Source: Paraspadella gotoi (Eukaryota > Animalia > Chaetognatha). Taken from it: DNA of 64,000 nt. Location: contig CM119265.1 of the NCBI GenBank assembly GCA_051294375.1, positions 9,682,339 through 9,746,338 of the forward strand. Reading direction: 5' to 3'. This document shows positions 36,301-57,400 of the stretch, one piece after another. How positions within the stretch are numbered: position 1 is the stretch's first letter; every line of letters starts with the position of its first letter. Both the position numbers and the translations under genes were made by a program. The notes below the pieces were generated by a model that saw only the letters and a program-made list of their open reading frames with translations, had not been told where the DNA came from and made no database searches.

Positions 36301-37235
36301 TCCCTCGCGCCTGACGTCGCCGCGAGAACGAAATCGGGAGATAGTGGGCGTAGGGAGTTGAAGGCTGAAGTCGATTAGAGATCCGTCGTTTTTCTGTGAA
36401 GAATCGGGCAAGGATCCACAGCAAATTGATTTACACGTGCTATGCGGAATATCAAACCAGTTGTGTTACGCTGCGATTCGATTTGTTGGCGCTACGCGGA
36501 ACATTGAAAAAAAGAAGTCGTCGTCGTTGTTGTTTTTTTGCTTGTTTACGAGATGAATTGTAAAGAGTACTAAATACATAAGGTAATATAATTTATTTAT
36601 TGATTGTATTCGTTTGAACTCCGTCTTTGGATATTTAGATTAGCTAGAAATAAGTCTGTGAAAGATGCAGCCGTCCTTGGACAGACGAAGCACCAAAACT
36701 GCATCGGTCAAGAACCGAAGAAGCCCCTAAAATTAATAGACATTTATCGCCTCAAAAGAAAACCTTTTTTTTTTAAACTACGCGAATAAAAATACTGTTC
36801 GAGAAAATTATGAGATGGTTTTCAGTGTCACGATTTATCTATAAATTAGATTGAATTTTGGGGCCAAAGAAAAAATCTGGTTCTTTTCATCTTCACGAGT
36901 TTCTCAACTCGTATCACGTGACGTCGAGAACTTTTCATTCATTTTCATTCATTTTCATTCATTTTCACAGAAAGTTAATTATCGATTCGAAAGGATATGA
37001 GTTTCAGATTCAGTTCGCATTCCTGAATTTTTTTTTTTTAGATGTAAAATATTTTTTCGGGTCAATTTTTTTTTCTACAGAAATGAAGTTATTTTTATTT
37101 TTTTTATATTTTTACGAAAAATCACCGACTGGTCGTGATTGTTTCAAATTCAATTAACTCTTTCTGGTTTTGTTATTATTTACGAGAGCGAGCGAAAAAG
37201 ATGGAGACAGGAGAACTTTTTTCTAGGACCGAGAG

Positions 37236-37311
<76 letters not shown>

Positions 37312-37470
37312 ATTGGCCGGGAAAACCGCCTTCGAACTTCCTTCGACCCGGAGGAGAGAGAGAAAGAGAGAGAGAGAAGAGAGAGGAGAGAGAGAGAGAG
37401 AGAATATCTGGGAGTCTGATAGAGAGCGATAGAGACCGCGCCTGCGGGATCGAATTGAGAGGGGGTGGGT

Positions 37471-37655
<185 letters not shown>

Positions 37656-37680
37656 AGAGAGACGAAGAGAGAAATAAGAA

Positions 37681-37718
<38 letters not shown>

Positions 37719-38202
37719 CTGGCTATTGGGAATGGGTAAAGGAGGGAGAGGGCGAGGAAGGGAAAACTGTAAGGCAATGATTGGAGATCTTGCAAGATTA
37801 AAGGGAGAAGCTTGGAATGTCGATTTAAAGGGAGAGGGAGGGCAGTGGCGTAGTTGGAGTACAAGGAGGGAGTTCAGGGCGGTCTAGTTGGACACGGCCC
37901 TCGCTTGGATCTAAAACGAAGACAAATAATAGAAAATGGATGCCTCGCGGGGAAGGGAGAGATGAAATGATTGAGGAAGTATAAAAGTCAGAGAGGAAAT
38001 GATAGAGTCAGAGAGAAATGGAAAGAGATAGAGAGAAACTGAACTTTTCGGGAGGAAGTGACAAGAGGAAAAGAGAGAGGAAGAAGAAGAATTCGATTGT
38101 TTTTCCGTTTTAATGTTTTGTTTTGATTTTTTTAAAAAAATTTCCAGAAATAAAGGATTCACAGACGACACTAAAAAAACGGTGTCGTTTTATTGATAAA
38201 AT

Positions 38203-38466
38203 TGTGGATAAGGCACTAAGTGGGCTGAAGATAACTATCCTTAACTTCTATAAGACCCACTTGCAGCCATGGAACGAATCCTGGGCTTGGAACCAGTCTG
38301 GAGGGTTTGCAACGACTCCAAGGCGGATTAGGGCTCTCCTCACGGGTTGGGATTGAACCCGATACCTAGTAGTCATGAGCTGATGGCTTTACTCAATGAG
38401 CCACCGGGTCACAACTGAAAATGTTATGCTTATAGGCGGGGTGAACCTAGGCAATGCCCGACTACA
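38203..38466 (-). mobile_element. Solo LTR, family B
   Basis: TGT...ACA ends with a perfect TSD AAAT. tRNA-like segment 38412-38341 (A-box TGGCTCATTGAG, B-box GGTTCAATCC), then UAA-UCC-GC-P3-CUGG-UUCCAAGC-CCAG twister-like core. Confidence 0.8.
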
Positions 38467-38531
38467 AAATTCCTAGTTTTATTGATGATGATTACTATTA
38501 TTATTATTATTATTAATATTATTATTATTAA

Positions 38532-38568
<37 letters not shown>

Positions 38569-39188
38569 TATTCCGTTTTATTGATAAAATTCCGTGTTGT
38601 TCTCGATGTGAAAGAAGGACAGTGTTTTTTCTCGTGTCACCCAAAGTCATGGGCACTGACGTGATATAGCTGTGATATAGTTGTGATAGATATCAAATAA
38701 GGGAGGAAACAAATTCTGAAATGATCCTCGTCTTTCATTTTTCATTAAGACAAAGACAAGACGAAATGATGTTAGGGAATTCATGAGCTGACGCCGCGCC
38801 GATCCGCGCCAACCAAGAGACGAGCGGATCTGAGAAAAAAAATAGAAAATTAGAAAAAAATAGAAAAATTTTCGTCCGAAAGACAGAAGAAGGACAGAAA
38901 ATAATGGTAAAATGGATCGGAAAGGGCAAACGTTAGAAAGGCCATTGCGATAATAAAAAAAGGTAGAGAAAATTATGGAAAAGGTCGTTTTTGAAAAGCA
39001 CATATGAAGAAAATTTTTCTTTTTACAATAATGAAGTACATAGTAGTGGCCGCCTCATCACTAAGTACAAGATCGAGATCCGACTCCAACTGATAAGAAA
39101 ATATAAAAGGGTCAACGGCCAATGCGACCAAAGCCGCCGCATGATTAAAGGCTTCCATGACGAAAATCTCTTATCGGACAAAACTGGG

Positions 39189-39244
<56 letters not shown>

Positions 39245-39978
39245 CGGACGCCGTTCCGATCTCACAACAGAAGAGTTCAATATCGCGCCGAGGCGTTTGA
39301 CCTTGAGAGCTTGCATGAAGGTTTATTAGCTGATTAGAAGTGATTGGTCAAGCTTGGTCGTGCTGAGATGTTATTTCGACGATTATTATTTCGAGATTTT
39401 TGAAATTCGAAGCAAGCTAACGTGGCGACATATCGCACGAACGAAATTTCTTAAAGCGTGTTCGACGGCGTCACTCATCCTCGCGTGAGAGCCAAAGAAA
39501 TTTATCGATCGGTAATAATCACGTGGTTGTTTTGTTTGTTTTGTTTGTTTCGTTTCAGGGTTGAGTTAAAAATCGAAACAATAAAGATTTAACGAGAATC
39601 TTTATAAGTTGACCGATTAAAATTTACAATATCGCTTTCAAGATAACAAAAAATAATAGAGAGATTTTAATAAATAAAGAAAATAAGTATTACATTTAAA
39701 TAAAAGAAAAGCATTTGTTTTCGCTATTTTATCGAAATTTGAAAAAAAAAGTGAAACGAAGGAACGAGCACCAGATTCAAAAAAAAGAAGAAAAAAAATC
39801 GAAGTCGTGTTTACGTTACGACAAAAACAAACAAACACAACCGCGGAATTATTAAACCCGCATTTGTTCCCAGTTTACGGGGCCATTTCATTTTTATTTG
39901 GAGAAAGGGGGAAGATGTTTACATTTCTAACTTCTGCTCCCTCTCGTCCTCAGTTATTTCGATCACGTGACCTTTCGC

Positions 39979-40075
<97 letters not shown>

Positions 40076-41875
40076 TCTTTCCCCTCCCCCCGGACCTATC
40101 CCGGCGGTGCTGCTGCATAGCCGCTGTTCTGCGGCTGCAGCGTAGACCCAGGAATTTTCTATCGTAAAACGTTTTTTTGGGCTCAGAAACTATAAAGAGT
40201 AAAAGCTTAACAAGTGTGAGTTTGGGTTTCTATGCCATTCCATTCCTCCAATCTGACGAAGAGCGATTCATTTCTTTACAATACATGCAAATATGAAAAC
40301 AAATGTGTTCACAGTTGTTATTTTTGTGTTTTGTCTTCAAAACTATTATCTAATGAAGAGCGAAAAAAAAAAACGGTCAGCAAAGTCGCTATTGGAAAGT
40401 TCCTATTCTTGATGACGATCGATATCTATGAAACAAATGAGCATCTTATGGAGTCTCCTTCAGGACTTATAGTATTAGTAGATACCTAAACTATGAACAA
40501 AAGAACTTATCTTACATTGGCGAATCGCTATTGGATAAGGGTGGCGACATAGTCTTTTATCTTAGAAGATAATTTTTCTCGCATCTTTAATATTCCTATG
40601 GTAGTTCGTATGCCGTTCAAGTTTTCGCATTTAGTGTACATTTTTTTCCGTCCTACAACTTGTACAAGGGGAAAGCGCACTTTAATTAATGATTTAGGAA
40701 AAGATAAAGATAACTTTTTATTTTATCGAAATAAACAGAGGTTCTCTCCGACCGAGACGACAACTTTTACAAACTCGATTTTCCTGTATTACGACTTGAA
40801 TCTCGATCGATTTCCCCTTATTTTACGTAAGAAAGTGTCGAACGAACTCTTTGAGGTGACCTTACACAGGCCGAGGTCTTCTAAATGTTTTTATTTTGCT
40901 AATTTTAAACTGCTTTTTTTCTTCCCAAAGATATTATAGTGACATAATAGTGGCACCGGAATTTGTTAAGGATTTTATAACGTACTTCATTTTGTAATTT
41001 CGTACTTTCGTTTAACTAGAAATCTACTATGAAATTAAATTCAATAGGGGCGGGGGTTCAAAACTTTATTCTTGAAGTCTACTTTTAGGTAAAAAAAGAA
41101 TTTTTTAAAAAAGTTCGATTTTAATGCTTTTATTGTTGCTATTAAAATTACAATATTACTATATAATGATAAAAATTTTTTTTAATCAATCTTAACTTTT
41201 TTTGATGGATTCTGATAGAGCATAAAAAGTTAAATAAAAAATTTAACTACAACTTTCCAAAATATTTATGTTTTCTTGGTCAAAATTAAGAAAAAGTAAT
41301 AAAATTATCGAAAAATGATGATGATGATGATTATAAATAGTTTTTCATATTTTTCACATACTTATGATTAAAATATCTAAAAAAGAATTATACTTTGTGT
41401 AGACAACTTTTTGCAAGCTACCTGAATCTGATCTTAAAAATCAAAAAATCAAAAAAACATTTTTAGCCTTTCCTATTTAGAAATAAATATTTAAAAATTA
41501 ATATATTGAGTATGGAGTAATATAAAAAAAATTTGTCTATTCAAATTTTTTTAAAAATGTCTAAATTTTCGTTTGAGCAGGTGCTTAATGCAATTTCTTA
41601 ACCACCTTACTGAGTTAGTCTCCCCCTAGTTTAACCCTCACGACAAGATCATTTTCTTCTCGTTTTACCTTATTTTTTCCCCTCACGATAGTGCTCGGTG
41701 CCCATAATTCCTTACTGTTGTCAACAAAATATTTATCCAGTGTTTGTGATTTGCTCCGATGAGCATCCGTGATTTAAAGTTGAATCGTCAAGGTAGATCA
41801 CCCTCACTAGAGCGACTGTCATATTTTCCTCGCATTCTATTTTTACATTCAAATTTATAAATCAGATTTTAGAAA

Positions 41876-43544
41876 ATGAATTTTTTCGCTGCTTTGCTAT
41901 TGTCGGCCGGCGTCCTTTTTGACGCGGTCCTTGGAAACGACTATCTCAGCGATGAACTCGTCAAGGAACAATTTTTTATGTGTCACAATTTGCTAAGGAT
42001 GCGACATATTGATACACCTTGCTTGGAGTGGGACGCCCAGATCGCTCAAGAGGTAAACTTAAAGACTAATGAAAGTGAAATATTTTGGCCGGGGGATTAC
42101 CGTCTATAAGTTTGAAAGTAGTAAGTTTGGGTGATGGTAGGCCAAGTAGGCAATTCTCTCGAGCAATTTTATTATTTTTACTTCTCTCCCTTTTTTATTC
42201 ATCATGTACATAAATTAATTTGACAGAAGAAACTGCCAGTTTGTAGAGTAAATAAACCTCAGCGAAATCTAGCAAGATATGCTATATTTGATGTAAAAAA
42301 AATTTTGGTACCAAGTCAACGAAATGTTTTTTTTTATCGCTTGCCAGGCAAAAGAGTACAGCCAATCCATGGCCGAACTGGGCAGACTTGAATCGGGTTC
42401 TTTGGAGGAACGGAACGGTATGGGAGAGAATATAGGATATTCTTTCGATAGGAACCGCGCAGTACTCTTGGAGAAATACGCCAGAAGATTGTGCGATTCG
42501 TGGTACAGTGAAGAAAAACACTGTAGGCATTTATTTCAAAAATTTACGTTTTTTTAAAAATCTTTCACATTTTAAATATTAGTTATCATTAAAATAACTT
42601 CTAAGTTTTACTAAAAGCTCAGTTTCGTGTTCTTCGGAAAAAAAATTTAGTCATGTCAAAATAATTAACTACGAATTAAAAATGAATGTAAATGAACGTA
42701 AAATTTTGTAATTGCCCTTTCTCTTCGAAGACGATTACTACAGAAACAAAGGTAAAGTACTATTTTTTTGATTTACCTTTTTGATAATTATCATATGGCC
42801 TTGTGTGCTTACATTCTTCCTAAAGCTGTGGGGTCCTACGTCATTGGACATTTTACACAAATGGTTTGGAAGAGCTCAGTTAAAATGGGATGCGGTGTTA
42901 CTGACGGAGGAATAGTAGTGTACGTCGTTTGCAGGTAATTTAAACTTAAGCCACACGTAGAGAAATTGCAATAGACGAAAGCTGGAGCCAGTTTTAAAAA
43001 GTTTTACTTTTTACTCTACGTAGGTACTCTCCGACAGGAAACATCGGAGATCAATACGCGAGCAACGTTGGAGATCCCAAAATTGGAATGTAAGCGTTTT
43101 TCTTTGTCGCCTTTTATGACTTGATATTTACACTATCTACTTGTCATAATTCTCTAAAAAAACAACTCATTAAAATTATACAACGTTTACATAAATTTGA
43201 GCAATATCCTTCATAAAAATTACGCTTGTTTTCTTCTTTTTTCCTTTCGCCTTTCAAAATTATTCGTTTTCAGTTCCCAACAAGAGCGAATCAAAATAGA
43301 CGATTTGGCAAATAACGAGGTATTATGCAATATTAATTTATTAAAATAATTGATTAAAATTAAAATTTGATGTATACCAATGAAACCCACAACCCCCGAA
43401 TATTTTTCTTAACTTTAAAAGGACATTGCCGTCTGCAGAGAAGATGCAACGCAATATGGTTCCTCCTTCTGCGCGGAGAACGAGGCAAGATGCCCCTTCA
43501 CTTGCAAATACCTTGCCACGTTGAACCAATGCCAAGCAATCTAA
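41876..43544 (+). CDS. Secreted CAP/SCP (PR-1/CRISP-like) domain protein
   Basis: Signal peptide. Exons: 41876-42052 (HNLLRMRH...LEWD), 42348-42522 (GENI...SWYSE), 42731-42751, 42826-42934 (GHFTQMVWKSSVKMGCG...VVC), 43024-43089 (YSPTGNI). It either stops at 43093 or splices to 43274-43319 and 43422-43544 (Cys-rich tail). Confidence 0.88.
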
Positions 43545-44135
43545 TCATCTGGTCAAAAGAGTTAACCCATTTATTAATAATTAATCATTAATTATTATTA
43601 ATAAAAACAAAGAAAAGCATATTTTACTGTCTTAATTTTAGCTCTAAATTAAATTCTAATTTTATTTTGCTGGAATTAAAAAAATAAAATATTTAGATTC
43701 TAGTAAGTATATCTTATAAAGTTGGTAGATGTCCACCGGCGAGCTGATCACTAGTTACAAAGTAGAGAATGTAAAATTTTAGTAAAATTCTAACGGATAG
43801 CAGTTTAATAATAGTCAACAAAAAATATGATTCAATAGTCGATTTATTCTCACCGAAAAAATCGAGAATTGTTAAAATATCAAAGGTCATATTTTCCAAA
43901 ATCGCCCCGTTTCACTTTCAGCTTAAATTTAGAAAGGTTTTCGAATTTAAAGATTAGGTTAGGAATAAGGGTTGAATATTGGGATTTCGGGTCAGTGTTT
44001 AAGAAATAAGGTTCTAGATTCGGATTGAGAATTAAATTAGGGTTAGGGAATGGGTTCAAGACTAGGTAAAATATTTTTTTTTTGGGGGGGGAACCATGCC
44101 AGAAAATCGACGCCATTTAGAAAAGACAAATTTCG

Positions 44136-53159
<9,024 letters not shown>

Positions 53160-53308
53160 TTTTTTCTTTTGGAGGGAATATTTATTATTCGATAAAAAAA
53201 ATAAATAAATAAATAAAAAATAGGAAAAAAACTAAAAAAATAGAAATGAATAAGCGGAATTTTTATTCTGTTTTTCTTCCTCTGGATGAAATTCCTTAGC
53301 TTCTCTTC

Positions 53309-53371
53309 TATCTTGTAAGAGTGATGGAGGCCTTAAACCACCAAAGCCTGTCCAAAGTCAGGGGCAAGATA
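53309..53371 (+). ncRNA. Compact 63-nt twister-like ribozyme (P5 permutation) of family D
   Basis: UAUCUUGU-AAGA-GU-GA-UGG-AGGCCU-U^AA-ACC-AC-CAAAG-CCUG-UCCAAAGU-CAGG-G-GCAAGAUA. P5 8 bp, P4 4 bp, T1 CCA/UGG, T2 AC/GU, P2 AC/GU. Confidence 0.75.
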
Positions 53372-54045
53372 GCTTATTTATTAAATGAATGGATAATTTT
53401 TATATTGGTTGTACCAATTTCATAAAATTCAGCTCCTTGTATTTTGATGCTAGTGCGGAGTACAATAAGTATTCCCCGATCTAATACTTAAGGGAGTGGT
53501 CTTTTCATACAATTGAAACATTCTTTGAAATATTTTTCACTTCATTGATAGGGAAGCCAGGTACTCTGGGAGTGAATAAACGAGACTGTGAGAGAGTCTT
53601 AATTGAAAGCTTGCAGGGACCTGCTATGTCATTATCTTGTAAGAGTGATGGAGGCCTTAAACCACCAAAGCCTGTCCAAAGTCAGGGGCAAGATAGCTTA
53701 TTTATTAAATGAATGGATAATTTTTATATTGGTTGTACCAATTTCATAAAATTCAGCTCCTTGTATTTTGATGCTAGTGCGGAGTACAATAAGTATTCCC
53801 CGATCTAATACTTAAGGGAGTGGTCTTTTCATACAATTGAAACATTCTTTGAAATATTTTTCACTTCATTGATAGGGAAGCCAGGTACTCTGGGAGTGAA
53901 TAAACGAGACTGTGAGAGAGTCTTAATTGAAAGCTTGCAGGGACCTGCTATGTCATTATCTTGTAAGTCTGTCCAAAGTCAGGGGCAAGATAGCTTATTT
54001 ATTAAATGAATGGATAATTTTTATATTGGTTGTACCAATTTCATA
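53309..54045 (+). mobile_element. Family D tandem repeat (324-bp monomer, ~2.3 copies) with twister-like ribozymes, ~150 bp upstream of the HSP70 ATG
   Basis: Units start at 53309, 53633 and 53957. Cores are intact at 53309-53371 and 53633-53695; the third core is deleted. Confidence 0.88.
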
Positions 54046-54297
54046 AGCTAAAAGTTTAATAAAACCGGCAAAATAATACATTTGTTTATTTTAAATATTT
54101 GCAAATCGGATAAAATCGTCGTCATTAGTTATCGATATAATTGTAATTGTAATTTTAATTGTAATGGATAACAGTAATATATAATTTCAGGCTAAATCCT
54201 TATAATAACGTAATTACATTCACAAATTACAATTCTTAAATTACTGGAAAACGAATTGAACGAATTACAATCTATCAATCTGGAAATATCACGAAAT

Positions 54298-54484
54298 TAT
54301 AGTGGACTAAAATCCAACAACCGTTCATCAGCGACCATTGGTGCAGGAGGCAAGATCATTCGCCACCCAACCAAAATGTCCGAGGTTCAAGCCCGGTGGT
54401 CCCCTAGCCTGATCCGAAGCTCAGGGACTGCTTATATTGAACGGTTCTGTTACTAATTTATAACAATTTATTACTGTCTCTTCA
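54298..54484 (+). mobile_element. Solo LTR, family A (twister core partly deleted)
   Basis: TATAGTGG...CTTCA with flanks AAAT/CAAT. Retains the tRNA-like cassette. Confidence 0.8.
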
Positions 54485-57400
54485 CAATATAAGTCTCTTC
54501 ACTATATAGGTGAAGGCGGTGAACAAGAAAATATCGGCGAAGACGGCAACCACGACCATCGGATGGACGACGAATTCCGAGAGACAGATCGTCTCCTCTT
54601 CCCAAAGGGCCCGGCAGAGGTCGCCCCTCGCCGCCGCCGCCGCCCTCGCCGCCCGCGCTCGACCGCAGTCTGCGAAGTCGGGGACGACAGCGGTTGGCAT
54701 CGGCGTCGCAAGAAGGATCGCGGTCCACGTGAAGCCGGATGAATTTAGAGCGGCGTCGAAGGCGTTCGTCGACGCGTCAATTTCCTTCGTTGTCGGGTTG
54801 AGCAGGTTCGTCCAAGTATTGTATTCTTTCGTAGGGGAATCAGAGATTTTCGTCGTCCCGTTAAAAATCTTCTCCGTAACGTTGAACGTCGTCGTGTCTA
54901 CATTTGTCGCCCTCAAGATGGCGTCGCGCCAGAGATAAACGGCGCCGCCGGAAGTGATGACGAACCACGCCTCCGACGTTAAGAGATAAGCGAAGAGGGC
55001 GCGACGTGTGACGCGGTGACGCGAGACGAAGACGCCGACAAAGAGGATGACGTTGCCGATGACGTAATAAGCGACTCGAACGAAACCGAGTGCCGCCTTG
55101 GAAGAATCTTTGGCAGGAAAAGGGAGCGGAATTAATAAAACATAAGTTAAATGGTTTGTTTGTTTGTTTTTATTTATATTTCGTTGATATTAAAGGCCGT
55201 TGCGAGCTTTATAAATATTTTTTTACAATTAAAAGATTAATAAATTTGATATTTATTGCTAAATAATGTTGATATAAAACAAAAATAATTATATGTACTT
55301 ATGTATTTGGTTAATTCTGGGGCAATTTATAATGAGATTTTATCAATACAAGTCAGTATTTTTTTTTATTGTTGACTGTTTCAAAACTTTTCCGCAAATG
55401 AACTTACCTTTCAACTTATTTCCCTCTTTCTCACCCGCCTCCGCCCTCGTGAAAGCCTCGGCCGGGATTCCGATCGGAGGAATCAGGAAAAAGTAAATGT
55501 TGCAGACGGAGGCTGCTGCGAAGAAGGTCGCCAACGCGTTGAGGCTGCGTCGGCGGCGGCGGCAGCTGAAGAAGGCAGAGAGGCGGTGGACGGCCGCTGA
55601 GAGGAATGGAAGGAACAGTCAGGAAAGCTATCTTTATCATCATCATTTAATTTGTAAAACGATCATTTACTGCCATAATAATAATCGCATTTATTCATTA
55701 TGAACTTTATCATTATCATGATCATCATCCAGAAGTGTTCAGGAGAAAAACTCATAACAACCTAAAAAAAGAAAAAAAAGATTTAATGGATCATTAGACG
55801 GACTTGGTTGGCCTTTTGATGAGTTTGTGATATTCCTAGGCAAGCCATGCCGGCGACCCCTTGGTCTGTTTCTCTTAGCTATTGTTTGACAGAAGTGAGT
55901 TAGGTGGGTAAATTAGTCAGTTGACAAGAGGCAGAGGGAAAACCAGGTCCGTATTTAACTATCTCACCCAAGACGCTTGGCTTGAACTCCTGTTGCAACG
56001 CCACCAACCCGGACAAAACGGAAGAGACGAAAACGAACAACTGTCTACCCGAGAGGCGATTCTTTTTGGCCATGATGTACCACTGAAGACAGGCTTGAGG
56101 GTAAGACTCCATCAGCACCTCTAACAGTTTGAGAAAGTCAGCCGCGCACTTGGGACGACGGAGACGACATTCCACGTAGTCGACGAGACTGTTGATCCGG
56201 GTTGGTTCGGGGGATAAAGCTTGCGGCTGTATGGGGTTTTTATTTAAAATTTATTTAAATTTTTTTCTTTCTTTATGTTCATATATGTTCGATAAGTACT
56301 TCAGTAGCTTTTTCGGAGAGAATTTCTTTCGACTGGCTCGTCGTTTCGATCGCGACAGGCAACGCTGCCTCTTCCGGTTCAATCGACGCAGCCGCTGCCG
56401 TCGACGCAGCCGCCGCCGCCGCCGCCGCCGCCGCAGGATCATCGCGTTTCGTCTTCATCTCGACGACGACGACTTCTTCCCCAGTCAACGACTCCTCATC
56501 TTCTCTTATCCGCTTAATAAAAATCATATCCTCCTCTTCTTCCTCCTCTTCCTCCTCCCTCCCCTTCTCCCTTATCCTCCAATGCGTCCACTGCAGAAAC
56601 ACCGGTCCCAATAACGCCGCCGACGCCGCGTAGCCGATCAACCTCCACCGCCGCTGCCCGGCGCCGGCCGCGGCGGGAAGTCTCGCGACGCAGCGGCAGC
56701 TGAGGGCCGCGATGACGATTCCGGGTCCGAGGGCGAGGAAGAGCGTGGTCACGCCCCAAACGGGATTTCCGGTTGTGAGAAAGGCGAGGCCGAGATCGAA
56801 GTCCGAGTAGACGTCGAGAACGTAGAGGGAGACGGAGAGGAAACGGATGAAGAAGGTGAGGAGGCGGGTGAGGAGCTTCTATGTATTTAGGGGGGGGGTT
56901 GCGGGAAAGATGAAGAAAGAGAAGAAAGCTGAAAGAACTATTAGGCTGTGGAAGACGAAAAAAATGGGAACGATATGACGCGATGTACAGTCTCATAGAA
57001 AAAACTATGCAGTTAAAAAAAAAATTTCAGTATTGATTTTTTCATTTTTTATTGTTTCTCATCCGAGGGCATTACTCCCTGAATGTTATGTAGAAAAATT
57101 AATGCAAAATCTCTTAAAGCTCTCAAGATACAGTTAAATACATAAATGCGACAGAATTCAAACTAAAAAGAAGATTGGTTTATTCTTTAACATGTGAACA
57201 ACATATCTCTTAAAAAACAATGCAATCGGAATCTCCTCTGTTTAAGCTGTCGTTTGATATAAAAAACTTCAAACATTTGTCTGTCCATATGTCTGTCTGT
57301 CCATCCTTTCTCCAGTACCTTTAAAGTCTTATTACTTATGTTTGGATGAATCAATTGAGTTGAAATTTTGTCTGTGATTAAAAAACTAGTTCATTGAGCT

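Noticed and set aside
38730-39320. Possible small gene on the minus strand
   Set aside because: No recognisable motif, and I could not build a convincing spliced model.
53309-54045. Hammerhead ribozyme in the tandem repeat
   Set aside because: No CUGANGA...GAAA core with flanking stems on either strand; the twister fold fits instead.
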